Under the pieces are notes generated by a model that worked only from the letters and a program-made list of their open reading frames with translations, did not search any database and was not told the DNA's origin. The position numbers were made by a program, and so were the translations under genes. DNA of 63,692 nt, filler included, from Stramenopiles sp. TOSAG23-6 (lineage: Eukaryota), in the NCBI GenBank assembly GCA_900128565.1. It is 27 parts of 27 records of this genome, joined end to end, with 100 filler letters (N's around TTAATTAATTAA, not from the genome) between each part and the next. Parts side by side here need not be neighbours in the genome. Positions count along the whole stretch, not along the records: positions 61,449 to 63,692 come from LT638185.1; 26 more parts are not named here. One strand, 5' to 3'. Shown piece after piece: positions 63,049 to 63,692 of this stretch. Each line of letters starts with the position of its first letter. The stretch's first letter is position 1.

Positions 63049-63638
63049 ATGTTACCATCATCAAATGATACCATAGAAGAAGAGCTGATAGAAGAAGAGC
63101 ANATTTCATACCCGTCTCGTTGGTGGCTTGCAACAATATTTTCACTGCTTGGTATTCTTCAGTCTGCTGAATGGAACTTCTTCCCCCCTTTGTCTGCAGT
63201 GGTAGAAAAATTATACGGATGGACGCCTTATTATATTGAGTGGACATCAAATTTACCCGGTCTAACATTTGCCGTCTTTGTCATTTTTGCTGCCGCAATT
63301 GTTGATAGTCCAAGTGGAGGAGTACGAAGAGCAACTTTACTCGCGTCAGCAATTGTTTGCGTCTGTGCTCTCCTTCGCTTTTTGCCCATTGATCGTTCGT
63401 CTTCTTTAATATACGCAATTGTGGTAATGATATCTGGTGTTGCGAATGGAATAGGTGGCTCATGTATAGCAATAATTCCACCGGTATTATCAGCCGCCTG
63501 GTTCCCTCTTTCCGAAAGAACAACAGCAACTGGAATTATGGTGACAGCTAATTATTTTGGTCAAGCCGTGAGTTTCTTTGTTGGACCAAACTATGTTCCC
63601 TATATTAAAACGACAGATGCTGTTGCACATCAATTAAC
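63049..63638 (+). CDS. MFS transporter (SLC49/DIRC2-like), first exon
   Basis: 'YPSRWWLATIFS', 'LQSAEWNFFPP', 'PPVLSAAWFPLSERTTATG'. Confidence 0.85.
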
Positions 63639-63692
63639 GTACGAAATGTTGTACCTAACAAATTTAAGTTTTTTTTTTTGAAATATTTTTCC

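Noticed and set aside
4754-63660. CRISPR-like array from the recurring palindromic ~21-mer
   Set aside because: Copies are dispersed, mostly one per intron, in a eukaryotic genome, with no regular spacers and no cas genes.

Overview
This window is not one locus. It is 27 unrelated eukaryotic contigs of about 2.25 kb, sorted by decreasing length and joined by 100-nt N spacers carrying TTAATTAATTAA. The source is an AT-rich flagellated protist using the standard genetic code (BBS1, CFAP52 and Tctex1 genes; stramenopile-like Gly/Ser repeat proteins; lineage is my inference). Recognisable gene fragments include HTATSF1-like, PHAX, an enolase-like protein, SPP-like protease, NPRL3, AASS, a GT4 glycosyltransferase, SKI2, BBS1, EML-like WD40, lipase, CobW/ZNG1, APC13, VPS13, COA4-like, NDUFA3-like, calcineurin B-like, DENN, S1P lyase, CFAP52, nucleoporin TPR, EF-Ts and an MFS transporter. 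Main result: the genes are split by an abundant, stereotyped class of ~90-230 nt introns with (1) a normal donor, GTA(T/C)GT or GTTTGT; (2) a conserved palindrome fused to a branch-point motif, (C)GTACGAAATTT(T/C)GTAC-CTAAC; and (3) an acceptor motif AAATATTTTT(C/T)(C/A)(A/C)AATAC-NN that usually does NOT end in AG. Of 23 complete introns I placed by hand using protein conservation and reading frame, 12 end in AT, 4 in TT, 5 in AG, 1 in AC and 1 probably in GA. This suggests a splicing system with a relaxed 3' splice site, possibly derived from an introner-like mobile element. A conventional GTAAGT...AG intron also occurs. Several assembly or amplification artefacts are present (duplicate contig, fold-back contig, probable chimeras at intron motifs). 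All splice junctions are inferred from DNA; no RNA evidence is available.
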